DNA of 64,000 bases from Acidobacteriota bacterium (GTDB lineage: Bacteria; Acidobacteriota; Vicinamibacteria; Vicinamibacterales; 2-12-FULL-66-21), in contig JANMWI010000060.1 in assembly GCA_031393955.1 (NCBI GenBank), forward strand, positions 2,694 through 66,693. Direction: 5' to 3'. Shown here piece by piece: positions 47,618 to 57,441 of this stretch (position 1 is the stretch's first letter; the number at the start of each line of letters is the position of its first letter). The position numbers were made by a program, and so were the translations under genes. Below the pieces are notes generated by a model. It saw only the letters and a list, made by a program, of their open reading frames with translations, searched no databases and was not told the origin of the DNA.

Positions 47618-48909
47618 GACGCCTGCACCACGGCGCCGGCGAAGCGCTCGACAAGCCGCCTCGGTACGTCCGCCTCGATCGCGACGCGCCCATCCGACGC
47701 GACATGGCTGACGATCCGCCCCAGCCGGTACAGCAGCGCAATCTGCTCCCGCTGCCCGTCAACCGCGTCGAACTCCACCCGCACCCGGGCGGTGTCGAGC
47801 CCGAGCCGCCCTTCCATGACGGCAATGATCTCGTCGCGGCCGTCGCCATTGAGCGCCGAGACGCAGAGTGCGCCGGGGTTGAGCGCGCGCAGCCGGGCGC
47901 GCTCGCCGGCGTCGAGGGCGTCGCACTTGTTGAAGATGTCGACCGAGGGCACGCGGTCGGCGCCGACTTCCGCCAGCACCGTTCGCACCGCCTTATCGTG
48001 GCGCTCGCGATCCGGACTCGAGGCGTCGATGACGTGCAGCAGCAGATCGGCGGCGGCAACTTCTTCGAGCGTCGCCCGGAAGGCCGCGACGAGCGAGTGC
48101 GGCAGGCGGTCGATGAAGCCGACCGTGTCCGAGACCAGCAGCTCGCGGCGGTCGGGCAGGCGCACCTTGCGCACGAGCGGATCGAGCGTGACGAACAGCG
48201 CGTCGGAGGCGACGGCGTGGTCGCCGGTCAAGCTGTTGAACAGCGTGGTCTTGCCGGCGTTGGTGTAGCCGACCAGCGCCACCGTCGGCACCGCCCCCTT
48301 CTGCCGGCGCTCGCGCAGCTGCGTGCGGCGGCGCCGCACGGTGTCGATCTCGTCACCGAGAACGCTGATGCGGTGGCGGATGCGCCGGCGGTCGGTTTCG
48401 AGCGTGGGTGCGCCGGGGCCGCGGGTGCCGATGCCGCCGCCCAGCCGCGACAGCGCCGCCGCGGAGCCGACCAGTCGCGGCAGCAGATACTTGAGCTGCG
48501 CCAGCTCGACCTGCAGCTTGCCTTCGCGCGTCCGCGCGCGCCTGGCGAAGATGTCGAGAATGAGCTGGGTGCGATCGAGGACCTTGCGGCCAAGCGCCTC
48601 TTCGAGATTCCTGAGCTGGGCCGGGCTCAATTCGTTGTCGAAGATGACGACGTCGGCGTCGAGCTCGTCGCAGGCCAGCGCCAGCGCCTTGACCTTGCCG
48701 CTGCCGAGGAATGTCGCGGGATCCGGCCGCGGCCGATCCTGCATGACGCGCAGGACGACTTCGGCGCCGGCCGCCGCCGCCAGGCCGCCCAGTTCGTCGA
48801 GGACGTGATCGGGATCGAAGTGGCGGGTGGCGTCGTTGATGAGACCGACGAGCGCGGCCCGCTCGCGTCGATCCGGCGAGGCCCCGCGCCGGGCCGTGTG
48901 CGCTGTCAC
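47614..48909 (-). CDS. hflX: Ribosome-splitting GTPase HflX
   Basis: [34 protein letters not shown] and NKCD motifs. Confidence 0.95.
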   Translation of the reverse strand: MTAHTARRGASPDRRERAALVGLINDATRHFDPDHVLDELGGLAAAAGAEVVLRVMQDRPRPDPATFLGSGKVKALALACDELDADVVIFDNELSPAQLRNLEEALGRKVLDRTQLILDIFARRARTREGKLQVELAQLKYLLPRLVGSAAALSRLGGGIGTRGPGAPTLETDRRRIRHRISVLGDEIDTVRRRRTQLRERRQKGAVPTVALVGYTNAGKTTLFNSLTGDHAVASDALFVTLDPLVRKVRLPDRRELLVSDTVGFIDRLPHSLVAAFRATLEEVAAADLLLHVIDASSPDRERHDKAVRTVLAEVGADRVPSVDIFNKCDALDAGERARLRALNPGALCVSALNGDGRDEIIAVMEGRLGLDTARVRVEFDAVDGQREQIALLYRLGRIVSHVASDGRVAIEADVPRRLVERFAGAVVQAS

Positions 48910-49514
48910 TCGAAGAATTGTACCACGCGCTCCCACGGCACCGCGCCGGCGCGGATCAGTACAGGACCATCCGCCCCAAGCGCGACAATCGTCGACGGCG
49001 GACCGCCGGGGGCGTCGCCGCCATCGAGCACCAGATCGACCTTCGGCAGCAGCGCCAGCGCCTCCGCGGCGGTGCGCGCCGGGGCGTGGCCGGAGGGATT
49101 CGCGCTCGTTGCCGTGACGCAGAAGCCGAGCGTGGCGGCCAGCGCCCGCGCCGTCTCGTCGGCCGGAACGCGGACGGCGACCGTCAGGTCGGCGGCCAGA
49201 ACGGCCGGCGTCAGCAGCGGGCCGGCGGGGACGACAATCGAGAGCGGGCCCGGCCAGAACGCCTCGGCCAGGCGCCGGCCGCGGTCGTCGAACCTGCCGG
49301 CCGCTTCGGCCTGCGCCAGGTCGGCGGCGATCAGCGGCAGCGCGACGCCGTCACGCCTCCCCTTCAACTCGAAGATCCGCGCCACCGCTGCCGCCTGCCG
49401 CGGGTCGGCCGCCAGGCCGTAGACGGTGTCGGTGGGAAATGCGATCACGCCCCCCCCGCGCAGCCGTGCAGCCGCCTCGACGAGACCGGCGGCATCGGCC
49501 GGCACGATCCTCAC
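48906..49514 (-). CDS. tsaC: L-threonylcarbamoyladenylate synthase (YrdC/Sua5)
   Basis: [24 protein letters not shown] and STIV motifs. Confidence 0.92.
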   Translation of the reverse strand: MRIVPADAAGLVEAAARLRGGGVIAFPTDTVYGLAADPRQAAAVARIFELKGRRDGVALPLIAADLAQAEAAGRFDDRGRRLAEAFWPGPLSIVVPAGPLLTPAVLAADLTVAVRVPADETARALAATLGFCVTATSANPSGHAPARTAAEALALLPKVDLVLDGGDAPGGPPSTIVALGADGPVLIRAGAVPWERVVQFFE

Positions 49515-50725
49515 AGCTCCTCCGGCGCCGGCGCGGCGGGGCCTGGCAGCGGCGTCGCCGCCATGACGCGCAGCACGAGTCCGGCGATCAGGAGCAGCGC
49601 GAGCGTATCGAGCAGGAAGACGCCCCTGATGCTGGTCGCCCCGAGGATGCCGCTGACGATCGGACTGAGCGCCAGTCCGGTCAGCGAGGCGGTGGCGAGG
49701 AAGCCGAAGCCGGCGCCGCGCGCCGCGCCGGGAATGACGGCGCTGGCGGCGGTGTAGGCGGCGGTCGTGGCGATGCCGATCGCCAGGCCGAACAGCGGCG
49801 TCGCCGCCAGCAGCAGCCAGGCCGCGCCGGCCAGCAGGTAGATCGCGGTGCCGACCGCCGCAACGCCGACGCTGCCGGCGATGACGTGGGGCGCCGAGGC
49901 ACGGCGCAGCAGCGCGCCGCAGGCATGATGGCCGAGGGCACCGGCGGCGGCGGCAATCGAGAAGACGACGCCCGACACGAGCGCCACGCGATCGGGCGGG
50001 GTGCCGAGCTGGGCGACGTAGAGCGGCAGCACCGGGCCGAAGCTGCGGTCGACGAACTGCAACCCGAACACCACCAGCATCAGCAGGATGAAGTTCTCGA
50101 ATGCAAGGACATTTCTGAAGGTGACTCTCCCAGCCGACGCCGGCTCGGTCCGGTGCGAAACCGTGCGCTCATCGTAGAGCACGAAGACCAGCACCAGGGC
50201 GATGACGTAGAACGCCGCGGTGACGAGAAAGGCGTGGCGCAGGCCGACGACCTGCGCGATCGCGCCGCCAATCAGCGGGCCGATCGCCGGGCCGAGGCGC
50301 TGCGCCGTCTGCACGTAGCCGATCGAGTAGGCGACCCGCTCCGGCGGCGCCGAGTCCGCCGCCATCGTAATCGCCAGCGAGCCGTAGCCGGCAAACAGCC
50401 CCTGCGCCGCGCGCAGCGCAAAGACGTGCCACGCCTTGGTCGCCGCCGCCATCGCCGCCATCAGGAAGATGAAGCTGAGCAGCGAGCGCTCGATCATGAC
50501 CTTCCGCCCGTAGCGATCGGCCAGCCGGCCCCAGAACGGCGACAGCAAAGCGGTCATCGCCGGCGTCACGCCGAGGCTGACCCCCGACCACAGCGCGATC
50601 GCGCCGACATCGTGGACGCCGAGCTGCTGGAAATACAGCGGCAGGAACGGCATCACCAGCGTGAAGCCGGTGAAGCCGATGAAGCACGCCGCGGTGACGG
50701 CGAACAGATTGCGGCGCCACGTCAT
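49511..50725 (-). CDS. MFS transporter (DHA1/MdtG-like)
   Basis: About 12 TMs; MPFLPLY and WGRLADRYGRK motif A; start at MTWRRN. Confidence 0.88.
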   Translation of the reverse strand: MTWRRNLFAVTAACFIGFTGFTLVMPFLPLYFQQLGVHDVGAIALWSGVSLGVTPAMTALLSPFWGRLADRYGRKVMIERSLLSFIFLMAAMAAATKAWHVFALRAAQGLFAGYGSLAITMAADSAPPERVAYSIGYVQTAQRLGPAIGPLIGGAIAQVVGLRHAFLVTAAFYVIALVLVFVLYDERTVSHRTEPASAGRVTFRNVLAFENFILLMLVVFGLQFVDRSFGPVLPLYVAQLGTPPDRVALVSGVVFSIAAAAGALGHHACGALLRRASAPHVIAGSVGVAAVGTAIYLLAGAAWLLLAATPLFGLAIGIATTAAYTAASAVIPGAARGAGFGFLATASLTGLALSPIVSGILGATSIRGVFLLDTLALLLIAGLVLRVMAATPLPGPAAPAPEEL

Positions 50726-51921
50726 TCGGGTGGCGGCAGCTCGCAGCGGGTCGGCCGGTCGTGGCGGTAGCCGAGCACGTAGTCGGCCTGCATGATCTTG
50801 TGGATCTCGCGCGTGCCCTCGTAAATCACCGCCCCCTTGCAGTTGCGGTAGAAGCGGCCGACCGGATATTCGTCGGAGTAGCCGTTGGCGCCGTGGACCT
50901 GCACGGCGTCGCCGGCGGCGCGCTCGGAGGCGACCGTCGCGAACCATTTGGCCAGCCCGGTCTCGCGCGTGCTGCGGCGGCCGTTATTCTTGAGGAAGCC
51001 GGCGCGCAGCCACAGCAGCCGCGCCGCTTGATAGTCCGACTCCATCTGCGCGATCATCTCCTTGACGAGCTGGTGTTCGGCAATCGGCACGCCGAACGTC
51101 CGCCGCGCCAGGGCGTACTGGCTGCTCGCATCCCGGCACGCGCGGATCAGGCCGGTGGCGCCCGCCGCGACGGTGTAGCGGCCCTGGTCGAGCGCGAACA
51201 TCGCGATCTTGAAGCCCTCGCCGGGCTCGCCGAGGACATTCTCCTCGGGCACCTCGACGTCGTCCATTTTGAAGAAGCCGGTGTTGCCGGCGAGGATGCC
51301 CCACTTCTCCTTGAGCGTCCCGCTCGAGAAGCCCTTGAAGCCGCGCTCGACAATGAAGGCACTGATGCCGGAGGTGTCGCGGCGCTTCTTCTTCTCGAGG
51401 TCGCTCCAGGCGAACACCAGGAAGTTGTCCGCGACGTCGGCAAGCGAGATCCACATCTTTTCGCCGGTCAGGAGATAGCGGCTCCCCTTCTTCACGGCGA
51501 CCGTCTGGATGCCGCGGACATCGCTGCCGGCGGCCGGTTCGGTCAGGCCGTAGGTCGCGATCTTCTGTCCCTGCGCCTGCGGCACGAGGTAGCGCTGCTT
51601 CTGATCCTCCGTCCCCCAGGTCAGCAGCGACAGGCAGTTGAGTCCGGCATGGACCGACATCACCACCCGCAGCGAGGTGTCGACGTATTCGAGCTCCTCG
51701 CTGATCAGCCCGAGGCTGATGTAGTCCATGCCGGCGCCGCCGTATTGTTCGGGGACCGAACAGCCGAGCAGGCCAAGCTTCGCCATCTGCGGCAGGATGC
51801 CCGGGTCGAAGCGGTGCTCGCGGTCCAGCTCGCGGATGCGCGGCGCCACTTCCCGGGCTCCCCATTCGCGCACCGATTGCTCGAGGAGCTGCTGTTCGTC
51901 GGTCAGATCGAAATCAATCAT
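50722..51921 (-). CDS. Acyl-CoA dehydrogenase
   Basis: GLTEP.AGSD, G.KMWIS, QVHGANGY and IYEGT motifs. Confidence 0.92.
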   Translation of the reverse strand: MIDFDLTDEQQLLEQSVREWGAREVAPRIRELDREHRFDPGILPQMAKLGLLGCSVPEQYGGAGMDYISLGLISEELEYVDTSLRVVMSVHAGLNCLSLLTWGTEDQKQRYLVPQAQGQKIATYGLTEPAAGSDVRGIQTVAVKKGSRYLLTGEKMWISLADVADNFLVFAWSDLEKKKRRDTSGISAFIVERGFKGFSSGTLKEKWGILAGNTGFFKMDDVEVPEENVLGEPGEGFKIAMFALDQGRYTVAAGATGLIRACRDASSQYALARRTFGVPIAEHQLVKEMIAQMESDYQAARLLWLRAGFLKNNGRRSTRETGLAKWFATVASERAAGDAVQVHGANGYSDEYPVGRFYRNCKGAVIYEGTREIHKIMQADYVLGYRHDRPTRCELPPPE

Positions 51922-51951
51922 GGTCCTCCCCGCTGGAAACCGGCGCCGGCG

Positions 51952-52740
51952 TCAGGCCGGCGCGACGTCGACGATCGCCCCTCGCGACAGCCGCATGACC
52001 GCTTCGGCGCTGCCGCCGTTGACGGCGAATTCGAGATGATCCGAGCTGCCGAACAGTCCGCAGACCTCGCCCGGCCTGATATCCGCGTAGGTCCCGACCA
52101 CCCCGGTGATGCCCTGGCCGCCGACCGTCACCACGACCGGCCGCTCGCGGGCGAACGCGTCGAACGCGCCCCGATCGATGTTCGTGACCAGATTGCCGAA
52201 CCGATCGGCGAGCAGCACCACGCCGCGCAGGTGCCCGCCATCGGCGATCGGCAGTGCAATTTCGATCCGTCGCGGCTCGGGCAGCGGGCGGCCGAGCGCG
52301 GCCAGCTGGATCCCCTTCGCCAGCCACGCCGCCGCCGGCGCGAAGCGGTCGCGCCCTTCGAACGTGCGGCTGATGGTGGGACGGGCATACCGGCGCTCGG
52401 TCAGCTCGACGACCTTCCGCGGTGCCGCCGCCCGGAAGACCGCCGTCAGCAGGCCATTGTCGGGGGCGACGAACCGGTAGTCGCCGGTGTCGGCGGCGAG
52501 TCCGCGGCGCGCCGATCCGACCCCCGGGTCGACCACGGCGAGGAAAATCGTGCCGGGCGGGAAGTAGCGGAAGGCGGCCGCCAGCTGCAGCGCTCCCTCG
52601 AGGATGTCGTGCGGACGAATGTCGTGGGTGATGTCGACAAGGGCCGCGTCGGGGCAGATCCCGAGCATCACGCCCTTCATCGTCCCCGCGTAGTGATCCC
52701 GGGAACCGAAATCGCTCAGCAGCGCGATGAGCGGGCGCAC
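51952..52740 (-). CDS. DUF62 family SAM adenosyltransferase (SAM hydrolase/chlorinase/fluorinase superfamily)
   Basis: SDFG..D.Y...MKG, DITH, VVDPGVG..R, APDNG, TFEGRD and DRFGNL motifs. Confidence 0.9.
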   Translation of the reverse strand: MRPLIALLSDFGSRDHYAGTMKGVMLGICPDAALVDITHDIRPHDILEGALQLAAAFRYFPPGTIFLAVVDPGVGSARRGLAADTGDYRFVAPDNGLLTAVFRAAAPRKVVELTERRYARPTISRTFEGRDRFAPAAAWLAKGIQLAALGRPLPEPRRIEIALPIADGGHLRGVVLLADRFGNLVTNIDRGAFDAFARERPVVVTVGGQGITGVVGTYADIRPGEVCGLFGSSDHLEFAVNGGSAEAVMRLSRGAIVDVAPA

Positions 52741-52747
52741 GCGTCCC

Positions 52748-53401
52748 TCAGCTCTTGCGGCGGAGCAGCATTTCGCGGGTGTTGTGTTTGAGCAGGAACG
52801 AATCGGAGACGACCAGGCCGTCGAACATCTTGATGATGTCGCGGTTGGCCAGGACGTGCTTCGCCCCGCCGGCGCCCGGATGCTGGCGATGGCGGAGGCG
52901 CTTGTCGTCGACGATCTCGTACTTGAGAAAGGGGGCCCGCGGCGACGCGGTCGTCGCGAAGAAGCCCATCACCGCGCCGCCCGGCCGCAGCATCCGGATG
53001 ATCTGCCGCGCCAGCGCCTGCGCCGCCGGCTTGGGAAGGAAATCAAAGAAATCCCAGCAGAGGACGCCGTCGACGCTCGCGTCGGGATGGCGGAAACGGG
53101 TCTCGAGCGCGGCGGGGAGCTCGCTGAGCGTGCCGGCCCTGGCGTGGCGATCGTAGTCCGCGAAGAGATCCTCGATGAACAGCTTGCAGCCAAGCCGCTC
53201 GCCAAAGAACGCGACATTGGAGCCGATCACCGGGCCGAAGTCGATGAGGACGGGTTCGGGCTGCGCGGCGACCACGCTCAGCAGTTTCGGGAAGGCCTTC
53301 GAGGCGACGGACGCCTCCTCACCACGCGGCGCCGGAGCATCGGCCGCGTCGTCTCCCTGGCGGGGTCGTTTCCCGCCCCAGCGGAGCAGATCTGACAGCA
53401 T
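52748..53401 (-). CDS. Class I SAM-dependent methyltransferase-like protein with degenerate motif I
   Basis: LIDFGP, DGVLCWDFFDFL and RMLRPGG motifs; no clean GxGxG. Confidence 0.7.
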   Translation of the reverse strand: MLSDLLRWGGKRPRQGDDAADAPAPRGEEASVASKAFPKLLSVVAAQPEPVLIDFGPVIGSNVAFFGERLGCKLFIEDLFADYDRHARAGTLSELPAALETRFRHPDASVDGVLCWDFFDFLPKPAAQALARQIIRMLRPGGAVMGFFATTASPRAPFLKYEIVDDKRLRHRQHPGAGGAKHVLANRDIIKMFDGLVVSDSFLLKHNTREMLLRRKS

Positions 53402-53420
53402 GGCTCGAGGAATTCGCCGA

Positions 53421-53447
53421 CGGCCGGGAGGCGAAGCCCCCCGGCCG
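53421..53447 (-). terminator. GC-rich hairpin after bactofilin
   Basis: CGGCCGGGAGGC-GAA-GCCCCCCGGCCG; no U-tract, so possibly a partial terminator or stabiliser. Confidence 0.45.
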
Positions 53448-53454
53448 GATTGTC

Positions 53455-54054
53455 TTACCGGCCCGCGCCGGCGGGTGCCGTGGTGGACGTCTGCGGAGTG
53501 GCAGCGCCGGGCGTGCCGCCGGGCGTGCCCGCCGGTGCCTTGGCGTCAGCCTTCGGGTCGCCCTTCGGGTCACCCTTGGCGTCGCCGGACTTGCCGGACT
53601 TCTGCATGTCGATGCTGCCGCGGAAGTGCGCCCCCTCGGCAATCGCGACGCGGGGCGCGGCGATGTCGCCGTCAACCGAACCGTTGTCGCGGATGTCGAC
53701 CTTGTCACTGGCCGAGACGTTCCCGGTGACCTCGCCGAGGATGATGACGGACTTGGCGAACACCTGCGCCTTGATCTTGCCGTTGGCGCCGATGGTCAGC
53801 ACGTTCTGCCGCAGCTCGATCTTGCCTTCAACCTGCCCCTCGATGGTCAGGTCTTCGCTGCCGTTGAGCTCGCCCTTGATGACGACGGATTTACCTATGT
53901 TCACAGCAGTCCTCTCCTGTCCACGCAGGGCATCGCCGGCGGCCGCCGGTCGCGATGCGACGTCCGCAGCATGCGGCACGTTGGGCGGTTGCGCCGGGGC
54001 TGGCCCGGGGCTCGCCGGTGCAGTCGGCTTGACCGCTTCATCCCGTTTCCACAT
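53455..54054 (-). CDS. Bactofilin (polymer-forming cytoskeletal protein)
   Basis: IGKSVVIKGEL...DLTIEGQVEG.I...V.G.V...G.V.GDI....AI.EGA.F.G beta-helix; disordered tails; short MWK N-terminal peptide. Confidence 0.92.
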   Translation of the reverse strand: MWKRDEAVKPTAPASPGPAPAQPPNVPHAADVASRPAAAGDALRGQERTAVNIGKSVVIKGELNGSEDLTIEGQVEGKIELRQNVLTIGANGKIKAQVFAKSVIILGEVTGNVSASDKVDIRDNGSVDGDIAAPRVAIAEGAHFRGSIDMQKSGKSGDAKGDPKGDPKADAKAPAGTPGGTPGAATPQTSTTAPAGAGR

Positions 54055-54115
54055 TTGGCGTTCTCCACACTTCGAAATGTTGGTCTTTCCGCGGCTCTGG
54101 CAGCAGGGTCTGCCG

Positions 54116-54144
54116 AGTATACGAAAGCCCCGGACGCCTGTCTA
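54116..54144 (-). promoter_or_regulatory. Putative sigma70 promoter of bactofilin
   Basis: Minus strand TAGACA-N17-TATACT. Confidence 0.6.
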
Positions 54145-54193
54145 GTCCTTTCAGCCCTGAGACTTAGCGCGGGTGCTATGATGGGGGATCGCC

Positions 54194-55357
54194 ATGCGGA
54201 TCTACTTCGACCACAATGCCACGACGCCGGTCGATCCCGCCGTGGTCCAGACCATGACGACGATCCTCACCGAGGAGTACGGCAACGCCTCGAGCGTGCA
54301 CCATTTCGGCCAGCGCGCCAAGGCCATCCTCGATGACGCGCGGTCGTCTGTCGCGGCGCTGATTGGCGGCGAGCCGTCGGAGGTTGTGTTCACGAGCGGC
54401 GGCACCGAGTCGGACAATTTCGCCATCCGCGGGGTCGCCGAGGCGCTCGAGCCGACCGGCCGCCGCCACCTGATTGCCAGCGGTATCGAGCACGAGGCCG
54501 TCCTCAACACGTTCAAGGCCCTGGCCCGGCGGGGCTGGCGCACCACCCTGCTGCCGGTGGACGTGTCAGGGCTCCTCGACCCGGCGGCGCTCGCCGCCGC
54601 GCTCACCGACGACACCGCGCTCGTCTCGGTGATGCACGCCAACAACGAGGTCGGGACCATTCAGCCCGTCGCCGAACTGGCCGCCGCCACCCATGCCCGC
54701 GGCGCCATTTTCCACACCGACGCGGTGCAGTCGGTCGGCAAGATCCCCGTCGACGTGCGTGCGCTAGGCGTCGACCTGCTGTCGCTGTCGGCCCATAAGT
54801 TCAACGGGCCGAAGGGGGCGGGGGCGCTGTGGATCCGCCGCGGCACGCGGGTGACGGCGATTCTCACCGGCGGCAAGCACGAGCGCAGCCGCCGCGCCGG
54901 GACCGAGAACGTACCCGGCATCGGCGGCCTTGGCCAGGCCGCGCGGCTGGCCGCCGCCAAGCTGCCGGCGGAGGCCCGCCGCGTCGCCGCGCTGCGCGAC
55001 CGGCTCGAGTCCGGCATCCTGGCGGCGGTCTCCGGCACGGTCGTCAACGGCACGCGCGATTCCCGCGTGCCGAACACCACCAACATCAGCTTCGAGGCGG
55101 TCGAGGCCGAATCGCTGCTGATTGCCCTCGACCTCGAGGGCGTCGCGGTCTCGACCGGCTCGGCCTGCTCGTCCGGCACACTCGAGCCGTCGCACGTGCT
55201 CCGGGCGATGGGCCTGCCCTCCCCCCGCACTCAGAACTCGATCCGGTTCAGCCTGGGCGCCGGCAACACCGACGCCGACGTCGATTTCGTCGTCGCACGC
55301 CTGCCGGGGCTGGTCGGGAAGCTGCGCAGCCTGACCGGCGCGCGGGTCAGGAGCTGA
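54194..55357 (+). CDS. iscS: Cysteine desulfurase (IscS/NifS family)
   Basis: YFDHNATTP, FTSGGTE, DAVQ, SAHKF.GPKG and GSACSS; adjacent to mnmA. Confidence 0.92.
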   Translation: MRIYFDHNATTPVDPAVVQTMTTILTEEYGNASSVHHFGQRAKAILDDARSSVAALIGGEPSEVVFTSGGTESDNFAIRGVAEALEPTGRRHLIASGIEHEAVLNTFKALARRGWRTTLLPVDVSGLLDPAALAAALTDDTALVSVMHANNEVGTIQPVAELAAATHARGAIFHTDAVQSVGKIPVDVRALGVDLLSLSAHKFNGPKGAGALWIRRGTRVTAILTGGKHERSRRAGTENVPGIGGLGQAARLAAAKLPAEARRVAALRDRLESGILAAVSGTVVNGTRDSRVPNTTNISFEAVEAESLLIALDLEGVAVSTGSACSSGTLEPSHVLRAMGLPSPRTQNSIRFSLGAGNTDADVDFVVARLPGLVGKLRSLTGARVRS

Positions 55358-55358
55358 C

Positions 55359-56426
55359 GTGCGGGTCGTCGTCGCGATGTCGGGCGGCGTCGATTCGTCG
55401 GTCGCGGCGGCGCTGCTCGCCGGAGAGGGGCACGACGTCGTCGGGCTCTCGATGCAGCTCTACGATCACTCCGATCGCGAGGGGGGCACGAAGTTCGGGA
55501 GCTGCTGCACGCTCGACGACCTGCACGATGCGCGGCGGGTCGCCGCGCGGATCGGCATTCCCCACTACATCGTCAACTTCGAGCGGCAGTTCGCCGAGAC
55601 CGTCATCGCCGACTTCGTCAGCGAGTACGCGGCCGGGCGCACGCCGATTCCGTGCGTGCACTGCAACGGCGACCTCAAGTTCGCGACGCTCGTCGGCCGC
55701 GCCGAGGGCATGGGGGCGGCGTTCGTCGCCACCGGACACTACGCGCGGGTCGACGTCGACCCGGCAAGCGGCGGCTACCGCCTGAAGCGCGGCGCCGATC
55801 CGGCCAAGGATCAGTCGTACTTCCTGTTCACGCTCGACCAGGCGCAGCTGGCGCATGCGATGTTCCCGATTGGCGATCTCGACAAGGCCGCTGTCCGGGC
55901 GCAGGCCCGCGAGCTCGGCCTCGACGTCGCCGACAAGCCGGACAGCCATGAGATCTGCTTCGTCGCGGATGGCGATCATGCCGCCTTCCTCGAACAGCGC
56001 ACCGCGCTGGCCGGCGCCGGTCCGATCCGCGACGGCTCGGGACAGGTGGTGGGCCGGCACGACGGGGTCCACCGCTTCACGGTCGGACAGCGCAAGGGCC
56101 TGGGGCTGTCGTCGCCGATTCCGCTGTACGTGGTTGGCATCGACGCCGCCGACCGGAGCGTGACAGTCGGGCCGAAGGAAGCCCTCGAACGGACGGAGCT
56201 GACGGCGTCCCGGGTGAACTGGATTTCGGGGGTCGAGCCGGAGGCCGGTTTCCGCGTGACGGCGCGGATCCGTCACCGTCACCGCGAGGCGGCCGCGATC
56301 CTCGAGCCCCGTCCCGGCGGCGGCGCGCGGGTGGCGTTCGACGCGCCGCAGAGCGCGGTCGCGCCGGGCCAGGCGGTGGTGTTCTACCGCGAGGACGTGG
56401 TCGTCGGCGGCGGCTGGATCGACTGA
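55359..56426 (+). CDS. mnmA: tRNA 2-thiouridine synthase
   Basis: SGGVDS, PC..CN, ATGHY, KDQSYFL, TVGQRKG and PGQ motifs. Confidence 0.96.
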   Translation: MRVVVAMSGGVDSSVAAALLAGEGHDVVGLSMQLYDHSDREGGTKFGSCCTLDDLHDARRVAARIGIPHYIVNFERQFAETVIADFVSEYAAGRTPIPCVHCNGDLKFATLVGRAEGMGAAFVATGHYARVDVDPASGGYRLKRGADPAKDQSYFLFTLDQAQLAHAMFPIGDLDKAAVRAQARELGLDVADKPDSHEICFVADGDHAAFLEQRTALAGAGPIRDGSGQVVGRHDGVHRFTVGQRKGLGLSSPIPLYVVGIDAADRSVTVGPKEALERTELTASRVNWISGVEPEAGFRVTARIRHRHREAAAILEPRPGGGARVAFDAPQSAVAPGQAVVFYREDVVVGGGWID

Positions 56427-57418
56427 ACCGGCCCGGCCGCGGCGGCGGCACGCTCGGCGATTTCCGCCGCACGGTCCGGGTCGCCGAGATGCTGCGGCAG
56501 GCCGTCGACGAAGTGCTCGGCGTCGAGCGCCGCCATGCACCCCGTGCCCGCCGCGGTAATCGCCTGGCGATAGACGTGGTCCTGGACGTCGCCGCACGCG
56601 AATACGCCCGGCACCGTCGTGTGGGTCCCCATGTGGGTGCAGATATAGCCGTTGGCGTCGAGTTCAAGCTGGCCGGTGAAGAGCGACGTGTTCGGTGTGT
56701 GCCCGATCGCCACGAACACCCCGTCGACCTCGATCTGCTTGCGCTCGCCGGTGCGGTTGTTGACGAGCGTCATGCCCGTCACCTCACCCTTGCCGCCGTC
56801 GTGAATCTCCTCGACGTCGGCGTTCCATTCGAATGTGATCTTCGGGTTGGCGAACGCCTTGTCCTGCATGATCTTCGATGCCCGCAGCGTGTCGCGGCGA
56901 TGGACGAGCGTGACATGGGAGGCGAACCGCGTCAGGAAGATCGCTTCCTCGAGCGCCGAGTCGCCGCCGCCGACCACCGCGATCGGCTTGCCGCGGAAGA
57001 AATACCCGTCGCAGGTCGCGCAGGTCGAGACGCCGTGGCCGAGCAGCGCGCGCTCGGACGGCAGCCCGAGCAGCCGCGCCGACGCGCCGGTCGCGATGAT
57101 CAGCGACAGCGCGTGATACTCGCCGTCAGAGGTCTTGATGGTAAACGGATGGCTGGCGGTGTCGACCGACGACACCTGGCCGCGGATGATCGTCGCGCCG
57201 AACCGCTCCGCCTGCGCCCGCATCTCGGTCATCAGCTCCGGCCCCATGATGCCGTCGCGATTCCCGGGCCAGTTCTCGACCAGGGTGGTCAACATCAGCT
57301 GACCGCCCGCCTCCAGCCCCTCGATGACCAGCGGCTTGAGGTTGGCGCGGGCAGTATACAGAGCCGCCGTCAGCCCGGCCGGACCGGACCCGATGATGAC
57401 GGCGTTGTGGAGCGACAT
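56384..57418 (-). CDS. trxB: Thioredoxin-disulfide reductase
   Basis: GSGPAG, CATCDG, GGGDSA, HRRD, GDV and QAITAAG motifs. Confidence 0.96.
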   Translation of the reverse strand: MSLHNAVIIGSGPAGLTAALYTARANLKPLVIEGLEAGGQLMLTTLVENWPGNRDGIMGPELMTEMRAQAERFGATIIRGQVSSVDTASHPFTIKTSDGEYHALSLIIATGASARLLGLPSERALLGHGVSTCATCDGYFFRGKPIAVVGGGDSALEEAIFLTRFASHVTLVHRRDTLRASKIMQDKAFANPKITFEWNADVEEIHDGGKGEVTGMTLVNNRTGERKQIEVDGVFVAIGHTPNTSLFTGQLELDANGYICTHMGTHTTVPGVFACGDVQDHVYRQAITAAGTGCMAALDAEHFVDGLPQHLGDPDRAAEIAERAAAAAGPVQSIQPPPTTTSSR

Positions 57419-57441
57419 GCGGCAACCTTCCCCTGTGGCCT

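Noticed and set aside
51952-52740. Fluorinase or chlorinase call
   Set aside because: It lacks the Tyr-containing halogenase motif and keeps the DUF62-type DPGVG..R; activity cannot be assigned from sequence.
53500-53600. Short repeats in the bactofilin tail (KGDP x2, GTPG x2)
   Set aside because: These are low-complexity coding repeats typical of disordered bactofilin termini, not a separate element.
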